A DNA stretch of 63,574 nt, counting the filler, from Octopus bimaculoides (taxonomy: Eukaryota), in assembly GCF_001194135.2 (NCBI RefSeq). It is 4 parts of 4 records of this genome, joined end to end, with 100 filler letters (N's around TTAATTAATTAA, not from the genome) between each part and the next. Parts side by side here need not be neighbours in the genome. Positions count along the whole stretch, not along the records: positions 36,420 to 63,574 come from NC_068982.1; 3 more parts are not named here. One strand, given 5' to 3'. The position numbers and the translations under genes were made by a program. Numbering within the stretch: the first letter of the stretch is position 1; the number at the start of each line of letters is the position of its first letter. Of the stretch, positions 62,880 through 63,574 are shown piece by piece. Below the pieces are notes generated by a model. It searched no databases, was not told where the DNA came from, and worked only from the letters and a program-made list of their open reading frames with translations.

Positions 62880-63075
62880 TTTTTGTGTCTGTCTCCAGCC
62901 ACCGCTTGACATCCGGTGTTTGTTTAAGCGCTTGTTATCTAACCGTTCGACAAAAGACAGACAGAATAAGTTAGAGACTTAAAAAGAAATACTGGGGTTT
63001 GATTTCTTCGACTAAATCCCTTAAGTACGAGTTGTCCGACAAAACCCTTAATCAAATAGATGCTACAGCATGGCA
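62880..63075 (+). mobile_element. SINE family B 3' half, diverged
   Basis: gtgtctgtctccagccaccgcttgacatccggtgtttg...gacagaataag...gatgctacagcatggc. Confidence 0.65.
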
Positions 63076-63466
63076 GAAGTTCAGTGTAATAGTTAAGAGA
63101 TATTACGCATGATAGGACACAACACTATAATTCTGTTCTAGTTTGTACAGACAGTAAATAACTATTAGTTACTAATCTCTTAAGAGTGTATGCAATGAAT
63201 TAAGTATCTTTGATAAACCAAGAAATGCGGAATATATTCAACCAGGTCGCTTTGGCTGTACACAAAGCAATAGTGAAAAATATAGACATTCCGTTTGATC
63301 ATTGTACATACTTTTCACAGTGAAGCTAGATATGAAATAAAAGAAGAGAAAAAAAAGGCATTTACAGACTAAGAATTTTATCGTAGATCTATATTTTATC
63401 TTATTGGTGTGTACCTAATACGTGTAAGTGATTTGCCTTGTCTGTCTATACACACACACACACACA

Positions 63467-63520
<54 letters not shown>

Positions 63521-63574
63521 GAGAGAGATATCTTTTTATTATAGCCACACAGGGCTAAATACAGAAAATGGACA

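Overview
This is eukaryotic, AT-rich, repeat-dense genomic DNA from a gapped short-read scaffold (about 15% N by hand count). The dinucleotide/tetranucleotide microsatellite load and the SINE families look octopod (Octopus-like); that taxon call is an inference, not a database result. There are no prokaryotic features: no operons, CRISPR, rRNA or true tRNA genes. Most ORF-track entries are microsatellite or N-gap artefacts. Supportable content: (1) three tRNA-headed SINE families in more than 30 copies or fragments; (2) decayed mariner transposase fragments (N-terminal half with left TIR at 8824-9523; C-terminal piece near 59.7 kb); (3) an R4/Dong-like restriction-like-endonuclease retroelement 3' end inside a (TAA)n tract; (4) three CR1-group LINE 3' ends; (5) Penelope-like element (PLE) RT and C-terminal fragments; (6) low-to-moderate confidence host exons, the best being a minus-strand gene 3' end at 57.9-59.2 kb. 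Most interesting signals: three unrelated short elements carrying minimal hammerhead-ribozyme folds with loop-less palindromic stem III, one fused behind a tRNA-derived Pol III head and two beside inverted copies of their own tail (a PLE-mobilised SINE/retrozyme-like system); a LINE/SINE shared 3' stem-loop with compensatory base changes; a perfect 152-bp inverted duplication of otherwise decayed DNA; a ~20-kb CpG-decay domain implying a hidden methylated gene body bracketed by promoter-like motifs; and an otherwise clean exon with an in-frame TGA that is TGG in its tandem twin.
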